Part shown: one piece after another, positions 41,883 through 42,585 of the stretch | How positions within the stretch are numbered: the first letter of the stretch is position 1 | How the letters are laid out: every line of letters begins with the position of its first letter | Assembly (NCBI GenBank): GCA_937901105.1 | Contig: CALCHD010000096.1 | Span: 1 to 42,585, forward strand | DNA: 42,585 nt | Reading direction: 5' to 3' | DNA from: an uncultured Bacteroidales bacterium | GTDB taxonomy: Bacteria; Bacteroidota; Bacteroidia; Bacteroidales; UBA932 | Notes under the pieces: generated by a model | Databases searched by the model: none | Told to the model about the DNA's origin: nothing | The model's input: only the letters and a program-made list of their open reading frames with translations | Made by a program: the position numbers and the translations under genes

Positions 41883-42585
41883 GCTGTCGCCATAGCTCAA
41901 GAACCTGAAGCCATTGTCAAGTGCATAGTTGTAAATTCTCTTCCAGTCTTCACCTCCAATGAAGGCTGAAATGAGGAGCAGCAACGTGCTTTGCGGCTGA
42001 TGGAAATTGGTAACAAGCATATCCACAACCCTGAACCTGTAAGAAGGGACAATGATAATGCCTGTCCTTGCTATCAGCTTGTCCATATTGTTGTCATCCA
42101 GATACTTTACAATGGCACCTATAGCCTCCTTCATGCTATATGTGTACTCTTTCCTGTACGGCTCCCACTGCTCCACAGCTCCAGGCTTGCCGTTTTCAAT
42201 ACACTGTACACCAATAAAATACAGCGATTCAAGGGTTCTTGTAGAGGTTGTACCTACAGCAACAACTTTCTGGCCGTCATCAAGGGCACACAGCTTCACC
42301 AGGAACTCCCTGGTAACCTCAAAGGGTTCTGTATGCATCTTGTGGTCTGCAATATACTCGCTTTTTACTGGAACAAATGTTCCTGCCCCCACATGAAGGC
42401 ACACATTCTCCCTTTCAACACCTTTAGAATCAAGCTCATTGAACACATTTTCAGTAAAATGCAAACCTGCAGTAGGGGCTGCTACAGACCCTTTTATCCT
42501 TGCATATAGCGTCTGGTATCTCTCATAGTCAAGCTCCTCGGTATCCCTGTTCAGATATGGAGGGATTGGAATTCGTCCGCAAATG
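41862..42585 (-). CDS. queA: S-adenosylmethionine:tRNA ribosyltransferase-isomerase, C-terminal ~240 codons (5' end off the right edge)
   Basis: The ORF-track entry begins at a TTG at 42464, but the frame stays open to the window edge: ..GRIPIPPYLNRDTEELDYERYQTLYARIKGSVAAPTAGLHFT.. then ..HVGAGTF.PV... and ..TNFH.P.STLL.L..AF. These are canonical QueA motifs. Confidence 0.9.
   Translation of the reverse strand, partial: ICGRIPIPPYLNRDTEELDYERYQTLYARIKGSVAAPTAGLHFTENVFNELDSKGVERENVCLHVGAGTFVPVKSEYIADHKMHTEPFEVTREFLVKLCALDDGQKVVAVGTTSTRTLESLYFIGVQCIENGKPGAVEQWEPYRKEYTYSMKEAIGAIVKYLDDNNMDKLIARTGIIIVPSYRFRVVDMLVTNFHQPQSTLLLLISAFIGGEDWKRIYNYALDNGFRFLSYGDSSLLIRG

Noticed and set aside
1-42585. The recurring CCCGACA / TGTCGGGA heptamer seen at many positions (for example near 1870, 5926, 7140, 16760, 30843, 38708 and 40481), considered as a dispersed regulatory motif.
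   Set aside because: Most copies are inside coding regions, in frames that read Leu/Val-Ser-Gly (..GTC GGG A..). This is consistent with codon and dipeptide preference rather than a site-specific signal.

Overview
This looks like ordinary chromosomal DNA from a Bacteroidales anaerobe, possibly Odoribacter, Butyricimonas or a Porphyromonas-like relative. That assignment is inferred from protein similarity, roughly mid-40s %GC, and twelve TAnnTTTG promoter motifs placed just upstream of genes. I see no tRNA or rRNA genes, transposases, integrases, CRISPR arrays or transcription-factor genes.

Gene content, left to right:
- **1-4558 (-):** branched-chain amino acid operon ilvD-ilvB-ilvN-ilvC. 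A 35-codon Ile/Val-rich leader ORF and a terminator hairpin, both absent from the ORF track, precede it.
- **4665-8114:** a C69 dipeptidase (-) and an NfeD protease (+), divergently transcribed.
- **8162-12451 (+):** carA-carB.
- **12626-16672 (+):** a CaCA antiporter, a beta-lactamase-fold serine hydrolase and a SulP permease.
- **16868-18800 (-):** M23 peptidase, an orphan membrane protein and a GH25 muramidase, in transcription order.
- **18890-20170 (+):** a DUF4491 protein and a metallophosphoesterase.
- **20174-23271 (-):** atoE, an EamA transporter and a GNAT acetyltransferase, in transcription order.
- **23574-23945 (-):** a stand-alone His/Cys-rich lipoprotein gene.
- **24057-36809 (-):** a 13-gene lysine-to-butyrate fermentation operon, in transcription order atoD-kal-kce-kdd-kamA-two reactivase-like genes-kamD-kamE-atoA-bcd-etfB-etfA.
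- **37044-38707 (+):** crt-hbd, divergent from that operon.
- **38835-42585:** an acyltransferase, a degenerate DUF255-like protein and partial queA.

I found no clear new multi-gene system. The observations most worth following up:
- the ilv leader/attenuator;
- a CarA whose glutaminase His and Glu residues are replaced (QFQPD instead of HPE);
- the H-x-C-x-H repeat lipoprotein, with the tandem repeat array next to it upstream of atoE;
- three TGTCAC/GTGACA dyads with fixed 16-nt spacing;
- two structured repeat elements flanking the CaCA gene;
- a nested dyad over the lysine-operon promoter.

Every homology call comes from reading the translations and recalling family motifs. No database search was run.
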